Below, one piece after another: positions 33,943 through 42,837 of a stretch of 52,368 bases of DNA. Origin of the DNA: a virus (Duplodnaviria; Heunggongvirae; Uroviricota; Caudoviricetes); IMG/VR virus record IMGVR_UViG_3300028591_008384; one strand, 5' to 3'. Position 1 is the first letter of the stretch; each line of letters starts with the position of its first letter. Position numbers and translations under genes: made by a program. Below the pieces are notes generated by a model that was given only the letters and a program-made list of their open reading frames with translations, was not told where the DNA came from and made no database searches.

Positions 33943-34701
33943 TTATCCCTTCCAGAAGCAATACAAGCAGCCGTGCGGGCATCTGCCAGGTTTCGTTCCA
34001 AGAATCTGTTTCTTGGCGAGACATTTACAGTCCCCACGCTGCTTTTTGTCTGGAGCCCCATATTCTTGCCGGGTATTAAAGTCAATTCCGAGAAGCGCCA
34101 AGTCCTTGTCACTCGCACACCCACGGCTCTCAAAATTATACGGGAACAGTTTCGGCTCGGCACAGCATTCGAACTGGAACGTATGGTAATATGGGCAGAA
34201 AATCGTATCAATTCGCCTGAATACGGCATCGGGAGCCGTAAAAGTGTCATAGAAAACCTTGTAGCCAGCCGCTGCAAGGCGTTCTTTTACATGGGGATAC
34301 AGGTCCACCACGGACACTCGGCACCTGATATACCTCTGATACTCCTCGACCACAGGCTTCCACAGTTCCAGTACCTTGATGATGTTGTCCTGTGTTTCCT
34401 TGGACCACAGGATAATCGGATCGAGCCGGAGGACATAGTGGCTCAGCGGGAAACCTCGGGACAGCAGCTTCCTAAACTGTGCAAATTCGTGTTCCGGGGT
34501 CTGGACATTTGGTTCGAGGATAGTACCGCCCTGCCCGGTGACGGTATGGTGGAAGATTACGCGGTCCTGGACAAGAAGGAGCTTCTCAATCATCTCGTCG
34601 TTGAGTTCCTTGGAGATGACGATGTTGGCTTCCAGGAGCTTCGTTTCCCAGTCAGGGACGAAGCACGGGTCATAAGTTTCTGTTATGCCTATTTTCCGCA
34701 T
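33943..34701 (-). CDS. DUF1848-like protein (SplB/radical-SAM-related fold, C-terminal Cys cluster)
   Basis: LRLDPII, CCAE, GC, CKC and CPHGCLYCFW motifs. Confidence 0.75.
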   Translation of the reverse strand: MRKIGITETYDPCFVPDWETKLLEANIVISKELNDEMIEKLLLVQDRVIFHHTVTGQGGTILEPNVQTPEHEFAQFRKLLSRGFPLSHYVLRLDPIILWSKETQDNIIKVLELWKPVVEEYQRYIRCRVSVVDLYPHVKERLAAAGYKVFYDTFTAPDAVFRRIDTIFCPYYHTFQFECCAEPKLFPYNFESRGCASDKDLALLGIDFNTRQEYGAPDKKQRGDCKCLAKKQILGTKPGRCPHGCLYCFWKG

Positions 34702-35075
34702 ATATTATCCTCCATTTCCTTGATTACACTACGTACGATATCCTTACCGAAAACCTGGACTTGTCGTTTAGCAATCTCCATAAAATCGTGTGCCGGACAG
34801 TTTTCGATAAGTGTTTCTTTGCATTCACTATATTGTTTCTCTGTCGCATCACCTTCCTCCCGGTGACAAGTAAGGATAATCTTCTCGCCGCTCTCGCTGT
34901 TGATCCAGGTAATCTCGTAAGCCTTGTCGCCTGGTTTAATCTTCCCAAGCATGAACTCGGCGACAGCCCTCAGTGCCTCACCGGTCACCTCGCTCTTGTT
35001 CTTCCATTTGCCCGGTTTCTCGATGGTACCGGCATAGATGCCGGTCAGTCCGCATCCAACATGATACTCAGCCAT
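34689..35075 (-). CDS. hypothetical protein
   Basis: MAEYHVGCG start. Confidence 0.75.
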   Translation of the reverse strand: MAEYHVGCGLTGIYAGTIEKPGKWKNKSEVTGEALRAVAEFMLGKIKPGDKAYEITWINSESGEKIILTCHREEGDATEKQYSECKETLIENCPAHDFMEIAKRQVQVFGKDIVRSVIKEMEDNICGK

Positions 35076-35346
35076 TTTCATCTTCCTTCTTGCGTTCATT
35101 CTCGATTACCCGCTCCAACGCGGCGACCAGTTCATTCACGGTCGTACATTCACTGAACGTGCCGTCCGGGATGAAACAGTCGAAGTCGGTTTCCGCATCG
35201 CATTCCATCAGCATCCCGTCCACGACCTCGAACATGGTACAGTTGGCCAGGCATGCCGAGTTTTCAAGGCACTGACGGGTGACCTGGAAACGATCTTCCA
35301 GCCAGTTAAGCACCCATTCTCTCGGGTTCGTTATAATTTCGTGCAT
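35068..35346 (-). CDS. acidic small protein with acyl-carrier-like C-terminus
   Basis: 92 aa; FDCFIPD...TTVNELV; no canonical DSL serine. Confidence 0.55.
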   Translation of the reverse strand: MHEIITNPREWVLNWLEDRFQVTRQCLENSACLANCTMFEVVDGMLMECDAETDFDCFIPDGTFSECTTVNELVAALERVIENERKKEDENG

Positions 35347-35349
35347 GTT

Positions 35350-35676
35350 CTACCCCTTCATCCATTCGTTTACTTTTTCACTCGGGAAACCCATCCTGAC
35401 CAGGTGGTCATGTAGGATATAGCCGTAGAACGCGGCACTCTTTGGCGGGAAGGAGGCGATTTCCTCCTTGACCCATTCCTCGATGGGCACGATTTCAATG
35501 CAGTCCACATGGAAAACCGCGTGATACCCCTTCTCGGTAAGATACGCGAACATGGGCGCCAAGGATGCCGCCATGCCGGTGTCGGCCTCGTAGAACACCT
35601 TGTCGCGCATGAACTCGCGGACTTCCTGGCGTACTTCCTCGGTAACGCCTTTCCTGAATTTCACCCGTTCCATCAT
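35350..35676 (-). CDS. hypothetical protein
   Basis: MMERVK start, GGAG RBS. Confidence 0.75.
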   Translation of the reverse strand: MMERVKFRKGVTEEVRQEVREFMRDKVFYEADTGMAASLAPMFAYLTEKGYHAVFHVDCIEIVPIEEWVKEEIASFPPKSAAFYGYILHDHLVRMGFPSEKVNEWMKG

Positions 35677-35891
35677 AAGCTCCTGCAAATTAGAACAAAC
35701 AAGACAAAAAAGATAAATACCGTAAAGGCCCCAATCGGAGTATCGGCCCATCCAACTGGACGATGTAATTGGTAGTCCCTCTTGGCAGCGTCCAGTGTGG
35801 GGAACGAGCGTCCGTTGCTGAGCAAATGGTACCATCGTCCATTGCGTTCCCAGTACATTTCCTTGGGTCCTTCGCCGTAATACCTAGCCAT
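35673..35891 (-). CDS. small protein with C-terminal TM
   Basis: 72 aa, GGAGG RBS. Confidence 0.7.
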   Translation of the reverse strand: MARYYGEGPKEMYWERNGRWYHLLSNGRSFPTLDAAKRDYQLHRPVGWADTPIGAFTVFIFFVLFVLICRSL

Positions 35892-35912
35892 TTCGCCTCC
35901 GTGGAATTGGAT

Positions 35913-36866
35913 TTACCTGTCCTTTACTAGACGTACCGAGAAGCCTAACGCCTTGCGGCGGCTTTCCCAGCTAGAATATGGCGTCGCGCTCATATAAATA
36001 CGCCATGCGTTAGATTCACATGTTGCATCAATACTGGATGACCAGAAGTTTGTTGTCGTGCTATCAGCGATGAAGGTTCCATTCCAATATCCAGTAGGCT
36101 TAACATCGAATATGGAACCCCAATACCCCTCCTGCATCAAACTGTTGGTATTGACCACGGTAAGAAGTTCATCCCACTCGTCTCGCGAAGGTAAATGCCA
36201 GCCAGGAAGATTGTCTACAATTCTCTTTACCGCGTCCCATGTGTAGTAGTATTCGCCGTTGTCTTGATTGAAGTAAATGCCTTCGCCGCCATCGTTTATA
36301 TCAAGATTCCTGGTCATCCAGATTTGATTACCGATTTTTACGGAATGCTTTTCAAGATACTTAGGCATATCAACAGCATGCAGTTCAACATCGAGCAACT
36401 CGTTTAACTCGTTTGTACTTGGTCTCGGCCACGGTAAGGGAATCACAATCCCCATGTAGTTCACGGTGGGCTCACGCCATTCAGTATCCCCGAATTTACG
36501 AATGCGAACATCCCGCGTAACAAGTGAATCATCGTCTTCATTCTGATATGAATAAAATGAATGAACATTAGCAGCACCTATATAATGGATTTGACCATTA
36601 CCTTTAGCACACCATTCAGCAAGTTCTTTGTTTGTTGGTTTGGTTCTGGGCTTTGGTTCTTCGGGAATTTCGGCACAGTGCAGCCATCTCGCACTGCCGG
36701 TGCCGACAGCCTGAGTTGTTCCCGCTACCGTACGGATTACCGCATATACGGTCTGGACGAGCGGATCGTTGCACTTAACGTCTTTGTCCCACACGAACAT
36801 CTGCCTCGGAGGGTCAAATACCTGCGGGACAGTGATTTCCTTGAGTTTCATTCCTTTGTAATTCAT
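35913..36866 (-). CDS. protein with C-terminal Fibrobacter succinogenes major paralogous (FISUMP) domain
   Basis: KIGNQIWMTRNL, YYTW, PGWHLPSRDEW, FWSSS, GFSVRLVKD. Confidence 0.88.
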   Translation of the reverse strand: MNYKGMKLKEITVPQVFDPPRQMFVWDKDVKCNDPLVQTVYAVIRTVAGTTQAVGTGSARWLHCAEIPEEPKPRTKPTNKELAEWCAKGNGQIHYIGAANVHSFYSYQNEDDDSLVTRDVRIRKFGDTEWREPTVNYMGIVIPLPWPRPSTNELNELLDVELHAVDMPKYLEKHSVKIGNQIWMTRNLDINDGGEGIYFNQDNGEYYYTWDAVKRIVDNLPGWHLPSRDEWDELLTVVNTNSLMQEGYWGSIFDVKPTGYWNGTFIADSTTTNFWSSSIDATCESNAWRIYMSATPYSSWESRRKALGFSVRLVKDR

Positions 36867-36894
36867 AAAACCTTCCTTCTGTAAGAAAAAATCA

Positions 36895-37263
36895 TCAGAT
36901 TTCCCCTTTTATGTACTTGATTGCAAGATCAACTGCATCTCTCGTGGTGCATGTAAGGGCAACGAGTTCACCAGGCGTATATTTCTTTTGCAAAGCGAGG
37001 AGCGCCTCGTCCTCTTCCTTGCAGAAGGCATCGAGCATTTCCCTGGCCATGTCGTAACGACCCTGCACGTCTTTCAACAGGTCGGAGAGCTTCTGATCGC
37101 CATACTGATTGAGAAGTTCCTGAACGGCGATAATGTCATTGAACTTGGCTTCTACAATTTCCTTGTATGCCGCTCTGTCCTTTCGGTAGGTTTCGCTGAA
37201 CAGTGAGCCCTTGAAGCGGCCTTTTTCTTCGGCATTGTCCTTGTGTTCTTGCGTTTCACTCAT
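36895..37263 (-). CDS. hypothetical protein
   Basis: 122 aa ORF. Confidence 0.8.
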   Translation of the reverse strand: MSETQEHKDNAEEKGRFKGSLFSETYRKDRAAYKEIVEAKFNDIIAVQELLNQYGDQKLSDLLKDVQGRYDMAREMLDAFCKEEDEALLALQKKYTPGELVALTCTTRDAVDLAIKYIKGEI

Positions 37264-37266
37264 GCG

Positions 37267-37668
37267 TTAATCCTCCAAGCTGCTCATGTCAGCCACAGTA
37301 ATCTGCGGGTACATGGAATCCCAGTCAACGATGTCCCTATGAGTCTCAAACCTGATTTCGTTTAAGACCGCTATGCGCCAGTCGCGCAGGGTTCCCGTGT
37401 CCGGGTCAACGGCACAGTTTTCCATCCTGGTAATGTTATTGGTCTTTTTGAGGTCAGCTTTCACGGCCTTCAACGCCAGCGTGGCATATTTGAGTGCGAA
37501 GACGTAATCCTGGAACGTCACCAAATCGTTCTTGGGGAGACCTGTGGCGAATCGTTTCCCCCAGTCCAGACTGACATCGAGGGCCTGCTGGTAATACGAG
37601 GTTTCGACCTCTTCGATAGAATGGAACACGTCACGGATTTCCGACCTGACTTTACTAATGGGTCTCAT
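37267..37668 (-). CDS. hypothetical protein
   Basis: 133 aa ORF. Confidence 0.8.
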   Translation of the reverse strand: MRPISKVRSEIRDVFHSIEEVETSYYQQALDVSLDWGKRFATGLPKNDLVTFQDYVFALKYATLALKAVKADLKKTNNITRMENCAVDPDTGTLRDWRIAVLNEIRFETHRDIVDWDSMYPQITVADMSSLED

Positions 37669-38116
37669 CGGTACCCCCCTTATACGGTTTCTTCTCGGTT
37701 ACGAGCAGCTTGGTCATCTTTGCAGTGGCCAGGTTGGCGGTAGCCTCCGCAATTCCCATCGCGTCCTCGTGATCTACCGCGCATTGAAGTTCGATTTGGG
37801 CCAGTTCGACCGGATCCATGGTCTCGTTTCCCCACCATGGCGGATGTTCCTCTTCCTTCTTGTGCTCCTCCTCTTCCTTCTTGGGCTCCTCCACGCAGGA
37901 TACCGTTACGAGGTACTTCCAGATGGGTTCGTCAATGGGTTCAATGGTAGTCTTCGCATTGCAGTATGTTTCCAGTGCAATGCGGGCATACCTGAGGGCA
38001 GCGTCAATGGTGCTCCACTTCTTGTGGAATGGGAAACGGGCCTGTTTTTCAACGTGCTCGTACATCTCCTTCATGGAGCCGACAGTCAATTCTTGATTAG
38101 CTTGTTGATAACTCAT
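37655..38116 (-). CDS. hypothetical protein (probable leaderless mRNA)
   Basis: MSYQQ start 6 nt after -10. Confidence 0.8.
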   Translation of the reverse strand: MSYQQANQELTVGSMKEMYEHVEKQARFPFHKKWSTIDAALRYARIALETYCNAKTTIEPIDEPIWKYLVTVSCVEEPKKEEEEHKKEEEHPPWWGNETMDPVELAQIELQCAVDHEDAMGIAEATANLATAKMTKLLVTEKKPYKGGTDETH

Positions 38117-38122
38117 GCTCCA

Positions 38123-38151
38123 AATGTAGCAAATGCGATACCAGGTGGCAA
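38123..38151 (-). promoter_or_regulatory. sigma70-like early promoter
   Basis: TTGCCA-N17-TACATT. Confidence 0.85.
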
Positions 38152-38158
38152 CAAGACA

Positions 38159-38166
38159 TATAAACT
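38159..38166 (+). promoter_or_regulatory. putative late promoter
   Basis: TATAAACT 6 nt before ATG 38173. Confidence 0.65.
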
Positions 38167-38172
38167 GTAGGC

Positions 38173-39234
38173 ATGAATTTCCTGGAATCACTACTGCATC
38201 TCGACCTTCCGCGCCCTTTCGTTGAGGCGTGCGCCTCCGGCTATGCCGCCATATTCGAAGCCAAGGAAACCAAGATGGAGAAGGCCATCAAGACGGCATG
38301 CAAGATTGCCGGCGTGAAGGACGAGGGCGACCTGTCCGACGGGAACCACACCTTCAACAGCCTGTACCACCAGCGCTGCATCCTGTTCGCCACGTTGGTA
38401 AACCTGTTCCCGTCGATTTCGTGGAAGACCAAGAAACACGAGGACGGGAAGCCATGCCATGATGGAAAGAACTTCCTGGTGTGCATAGAGACGCCGAAGG
38501 GACCGTATTCCTACCACTACCCGTTGAAGGACTGGGACATGTTCAAGTGCAAGGAAATCGACAAGGCCAAGAAATTCGACGGCCATACGGACAAGGACGT
38601 GGAAAGGCTCCTCTCGCTTCTCCCGGAACAACTCCCAAAGAGTGTACTAGGCGACATATGGAACCGGAGGGACAGCAGCGTCTCGAAGTCCAACTACCAA
38701 AAACCGGCACCCCTGGTCGAAAGCCAGTACAGCACCTACAAGATCTTCCCGAGGAATCAGGTCCGTGCGACCTACAGCGGCCATGCACTGCACCTGTCCG
38801 ACGGCACCGTTGTTGACGGGTTTCCCATTGGAATCCGCGGGAAGGTGGAAGTGATTGTGGACGGTGCGGAGAAGGGAAATTTCGAGTACAAGCCGTTCAG
38901 TTGGCCGACCGATCCGGAAGAACCTGAGCCGATTTATTACCAGTACAAGATTACATCTCATATACCCGAGGACAGCCCGAACAAGCCTGCCAACTATGTG
39001 CATTTCACCAACTGCCCGGACGCCGAGAAGCTGGTCCGGTGGGTTTCCTTTTCGAAGGGTGTGCCTCTTGTGGAATCGGTGAAGTATGTCAAGGGACACA
39101 AGGATTCCAAGGGCGAAGACGCTCCATGGACAATCGTGTCCCATGAGACCGGGAAAATCCTGTCGTCACATAAGAGCAAAAAAGCCGCAGAGGAACATCT
39201 GCGGCAAATGGAATACTACAAGCACAAGGGCTAG
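38173..39234 (+). CDS. modular late protein, possible virion protein
   Basis: 353 aa; FLES..IFEA leader; LSDGNHTF..LY..R..LF domain; two PLVES motifs; C-terminal KILSSHKSKKAAEEHLRQMEYYKH. Confidence 0.85.
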   Translation: MNFLESLLHLDLPRPFVEACASGYAAIFEAKETKMEKAIKTACKIAGVKDEGDLSDGNHTFNSLYHQRCILFATLVNLFPSISWKTKKHEDGKPCHDGKNFLVCIETPKGPYSYHYPLKDWDMFKCKEIDKAKKFDGHTDKDVERLLSLLPEQLPKSVLGDIWNRRDSSVSKSNYQKPAPLVESQYSTYKIFPRNQVRATYSGHALHLSDGTVVDGFPIGIRGKVEVIVDGAEKGNFEYKPFSWPTDPEEPEPIYYQYKITSHIPEDSPNKPANYVHFTNCPDAEKLVRWVSFSKGVPLVESVKYVKGHKDSKGEDAPWTIVSHETGKILSSHKSKKAAEEHLRQMEYYKHKG

Positions 39235-39461
39235 ATCAGGTCCAGCACCTTCCCGATATTCTCCTCGGGAACACCGTTCGCTTCCATGATTTCAAGGATT
39301 TCGGTCTGCCAGTCCGTCAGCAGTCTGCATTCCGACTTTATGGGCCTTGTGCGGGCCACGCAGGATGCCGTAATGTTGCCGATGGCCTTATCCACCTTTT
39401 TATGGATATCCTTCACAGCAAGCATGGCATGGACGGCATCCAATGGAGTCTTGCACTGCAA
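39231..39461 (-). CDS. hypothetical protein
   Basis: 76 aa ORF. Confidence 0.7.
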   Translation of the reverse strand: MQCKTPLDAVHAMLAVKDIHKKVDKAIGNITASCVARTRPIKSECRLLTDWQTEILEIMEANGVPEENIGKVLDLI

Positions 39462-39480
39462 ATCCAGTCAAGTACCTTCA

Positions 39481-39735
39481 TCAGTCATCCTCCTCAGAAT
39501 GCCCGTAACGGGCGATTATCTGGCGCCTTCCGTTCCTGATGACCCATTCCTCGCCTTCTTTCGTCATGGTCAAGTTGAGGGCCATGCAGACACCGGCCAG
39601 CCACCCCTTGTAGTAGCGGAGGTACGGGTTCTCGATCTTGACGCCACAGCAGTCGCCCTTGGCCCGGTCGTTGAACTCCTCCTGGGCATAGTTTTCCAGG
39701 TTGAGCTGGATGCTTTCCTTCATTTCCTCACGCAT
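39481..39735 (-). CDS. hypothetical protein
   Basis: MREEMKES start overlapping the upstream stop. Confidence 0.7.
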   Translation of the reverse strand: MREEMKESIQLNLENYAQEEFNDRAKGDCCGVKIENPYLRYYKGWLAGVCMALNLTMTKEGEEWVIRNGRRQIIARYGHSEEDD

Positions 39736-40459
39736 TCTTGCACCCCTTGTACAGGATATTGTACATTTCACGTTCGACAGCGGCATCTTCCTCAGGGAAC
39801 GGCCAGGTAAGCAGCTCCTTAAACCACTGGACTTCCTGGTACTGGTTGTACATGAAGTCCACGAAGCTGCCACGCTTGGTTTCTGCGCGGAACACCTTCA
39901 TCTTGGCATCGTTTACCCCGATATAGTAAAAGTCCACCGGTTCCGGTCCCGTCATGAGCCAAGGGAACCTCAGGAGCAGGTATGCCCTGATGGTGTCCGT
40001 GTCATCATTGAAATCAGGCTTCTTGGGCACGTTCCTGGGGGTCTTGAACACTGGAGCATCGACAGGTTCGTCCTTCTTCAACTGAGTAATCTTGAAAATT
40101 CCGGTTTTCATGAAGGAATCCGGTTCACAGCGGGTGCACAGTTCCCTGGCCTCGTTGAGACGCTGGTTGAACTGGTCCATAACCTTGGCGAAGTTCCCGG
40201 TGTTGAGCTTGGCGCCCTGTTCCTTCGCGGCATTGCACTGGGCATCGAGTTCGCGGTTGATTGCCGTGATGTATTCACGATAGATATGGATTAGCCATAC
40301 CTGGTTGTTGAACACCTCGACCAGGTGGGCGAAGTGCTTCAGGAGGGCATCCGGGTCATCGGACATGTGGGCCATGCGGTCCATAAGCTGCTTATGGATT
40401 TCCTCGTTGTATTCCTTGCAGCGCATGGCAAGGATTGTTTTGAGTTCGGTATCGTCCAT
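39728..40459 (-). CDS. hypothetical protein
   Basis: 243 aa, GGAGG RBS. Confidence 0.85.
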   Translation of the reverse strand: MDDTELKTILAMRCKEYNEEIHKQLMDRMAHMSDDPDALLKHFAHLVEVFNNQVWLIHIYREYITAINRELDAQCNAAKEQGAKLNTGNFAKVMDQFNQRLNEARELCTRCEPDSFMKTGIFKITQLKKDEPVDAPVFKTPRNVPKKPDFNDDTDTIRAYLLLRFPWLMTGPEPVDFYYIGVNDAKMKVFRAETKRGSFVDFMYNQYQEVQWFKELLTWPFPEEDAAVEREMYNILYKGCKNA

Positions 40460-40759
40460 CTACCTGCCCTCCATGTAGGCCTTCTCGCGCTGGAAGGATT
40501 CTTCAAGTTTCTTTTTCCAGTATTCACCGGAACGAACCCAGAACTCGGCACGCTTCTTGCACTCCTCGTGCGGCTTCCAGTCCACCTTGGACCACGCCTT
40601 GTCCTCGTAAAGCCTGGCTATCTCGATGCGGAGACGGCACAGAGCACGGTATGCCGCGGAATACTCCTTGGCAATAAGTACCATGTCATTATACGGGTTG
40701 CTGATCGGTTCCGAGACGGCCATGTTCAGTTCTTTCTGTTCGTATGCACTTTTAGGCAT
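40460..40759 (-). CDS. hypothetical protein
   Basis: 99 aa ORF. Confidence 0.75.
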   Translation of the reverse strand: MPKSAYEQKELNMAVSEPISNPYNDMVLIAKEYSAAYRALCRLRIEIARLYEDKAWSKVDWKPHEECKKRAEFWVRSGEYWKKKLEESFQREKAYMEGR

Positions 40760-40768
40760 ATATTCCCC

Positions 40769-41200
40769 TTATACGCAGTATGCGGCATACTGCGAATCGT
40801 ATATCCTGAGCAGATCGTCAAAATCCCGTTTCACCACGCCCAGTTCTTGTGCGCGGGCATAGAGGGCCATGAGTGCCGGCTCCGTATCGTCACCGTAGAC
40901 ATAGGTCGGCCTGGAGTTTTCAATCAGCCAAAGCGCCCGTCGCACCATTTCTTTCTCGTCCTTGCAGATAACGAACTTTCCGCATTTGGCGGAAATCGAA
41001 TCCCTGGTATCCGATGTGATATCGTGGATACCGTAGGTGATATATTCGCGCTTGTTGGAGAGGTACACGGTCATGCAGACGAACTTGCCCACATAATGGT
41101 TCGCCGGATCGGGGAACCTTCCGTCCGCGTCAACTACGATATCCAACGCGAGAGCAACAGCCTCGCCGTCGTCCAATAGCTTGTTTAATTGTGTATTCAT
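40769..41200 (-). CDS. degenerate family-B polymerase 3'-5' exonuclease-like domain
   Basis: LALDIV..GRFPDP, EKEMV..I..SRPTYVYG, LYARAQELG; acidic catalytic residues partly lost; leaderless start MNTQL. Confidence 0.6.
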   Translation of the reverse strand: MNTQLNKLLDDGEAVALALDIVVDADGRFPDPANHYVGKFVCMTVYLSNKREYITYGIHDITSDTRDSISAKCGKFVICKDEKEMVRRALWLIENSRPTYVYGDDTEPALMALYARAQELGVVKRDFDDLLRIYDSQYAAYCV

Positions 41201-41206
41201 GCTCAA

Positions 41207-41235
41207 AATGTAGCATTTTTCCGACCGCATGGCAA
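41207..41235 (-). promoter_or_regulatory. sigma70-like early promoter
   Basis: TTGCCA-N17-TACATT. Confidence 0.85.
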
Positions 41236-41255
41236 CAGTAGAGTAGTTTTCGGGC

Positions 41256-41990
41256 ATGGAACCGCAAGTCATCACATCCCTTACAAGCTGGAGGGGGCGC
41301 ATATACAACGAGCTTACCGCCCCGGTCATATTCTCCTACATCACCCAGGAATCCCCGGTACCGTTCAAGGTGGTACTGGTACTATCATCGGACGAATTCC
41401 CCAGGAAGGAAGCCGAATTACCGGAGGGTATATTGAAAATGGCCATGGGATGCGACAACTTCGAAATCCTCTGGACTCGCGAAAATACTGGGCCATACAA
41501 GAAGTATTTTCCTGTGAGGAAAAAGTACCCGGACTTGCCAATAATCACCGTGGACGACGATTCCACCGCCTACCCGCACTTCATGAAGACCCTATGGGAA
41601 CTCCACCGCAAGAACCCGGACCGGGTAATCTACGGGTGCGACGGGAAGCCCTATTCCTGGATAGGAAAGCGTTCTATCGACTGCGTAAGATACGGTGTCG
41701 CCCTCTACCCCCCAGGTTCCACCTATGACCTGGACGAACAGTTCGGCATGAAGTATTTCAAGTTCATGGATGACGAGTTCATGCGGCTCCTGTGCCTACT
41801 GAACAGGACGCACTACGTGTCCATAGATGCCAACTCGGTCCTCATCATAAACGCTTTCGCCCAGGACAAGGCAATCGGGCGTGTCCATGGGCGAGAATTC
41901 AAGGAAATCAGTGAAATGTGGGGCCGTCTGGGACATGAGCACCCGGAGTTGAAGAAAATCTGGGTGGAGAACCGCAAAATCCCTAACTAA
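41256..41990 (+). CDS. GT-A fold glycosyltransferase-like protein
   Basis: SLTSW..RI, GPYKKYFP, IITVDDD, GVALYPPG, MDDEF. Confidence 0.8.
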   Translation: MEPQVITSLTSWRGRIYNELTAPVIFSYITQESPVPFKVVLVLSSDEFPRKEAELPEGILKMAMGCDNFEILWTRENTGPYKKYFPVRKKYPDLPIITVDDDSTAYPHFMKTLWELHRKNPDRVIYGCDGKPYSWIGKRSIDCVRYGVALYPPGSTYDLDEQFGMKYFKFMDDEFMRLLCLLNRTHYVSIDANSVLIINAFAQDKAIGRVHGREFKEISEMWGRLGHEHPELKKIWVENRKIPN

Positions 41991-42420
41991 GTGTCAAATA
42001 CTCGGGTCCAGAATCTGTCATCTCGATGATTTTCCCGATACGGGCATCGAGCATGCTGTTTATCTTACTTATGCGTTCGATTGTTGCATCGGCGCACAGG
42101 ACTACCGTTCCGTCATTCTGAAGTATCGGTTTCGCATAGTAGAACCAGTTCGGCATATCCATTTTTAGCATGGCGGCCTTTATCCGAATGGTACGGACGG
42201 CGCCCCCGAAGTGCAGGAGGTACACATACTTGTGCAAATCTTCCTTTGCGCTCTCGGGAATACGGTCACCGTATTTGCGTACCCATAGGTCCGCATCGGA
42301 AGTCGCGAGCCTACGCCGTTCAGCTACCCAGTCATGAGTAATGTGCCCCTCGCGTACCATTTCGGAGGCATATTTTTCCAGGTCGGCCCGGTATCTGTCA
42401 AATGCTGGATCCTGTGACAT
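41983..42420 (-). CDS. hypothetical protein
   Basis: 145 aa ORF. Confidence 0.8.
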   Translation of the reverse strand: MSQDPAFDRYRADLEKYASEMVREGHITHDWVAERRRLATSDADLWVRKYGDRIPESAKEDLHKYVYLLHFGGAVRTIRIKAAMLKMDMPNWFYYAKPILQNDGTVVLCADATIERISKINSMLDARIGKIIEMTDSGPEYLTLS

Positions 42421-42810
42421 TTAGTTAGTTCCATCCCGGCTGTCTTCGTAGTATAGGTATTCTGCCACGTCCTCTGGCTTCTCACCCCACTTGTAATGCC
42501 GCTCAACGTCAATCCGTTCGATTGCCTCCGGCAAGTATCCCTTCGCTACCAAGGCATCCTGGCACTTCTGTCTGTATTCTTCAAGGGTCAGAAGCGGATC
42601 GCCCTTGACCCACAGTTCATCCGTAAGATGATAGTTGTCCGGCATTTTCCTGATGGAAATATCAGCGGTAGGACCGTTTTTCCGGGACCATGTACGCAGG
42701 TATTCCCCTACCCCGGCCAATGCGATTTCTAGCGCACGGCTTTCATTGGCAGCCGTGGTAGTGACCGGGATGAGGACATCCACGGGTATGTGCAGCTTGT
42801 AAGTAGGCAT
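42421..42810 (-). CDS. hypothetical protein
   Basis: 129 aa ORF. Confidence 0.8.
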   Translation of the reverse strand: MPTYKLHIPVDVLIPVTTTAANESRALEIALAGVGEYLRTWSRKNGPTADISIRKMPDNYHLTDELWVKGDPLLTLEEYRQKCQDALVAKGYLPEAIERIDVERHYKWGEKPEDVAEYLYYEDSRDGTN

Positions 42811-42837
42811 TAGCTAATACCATGCTCCTGTAAGTTT

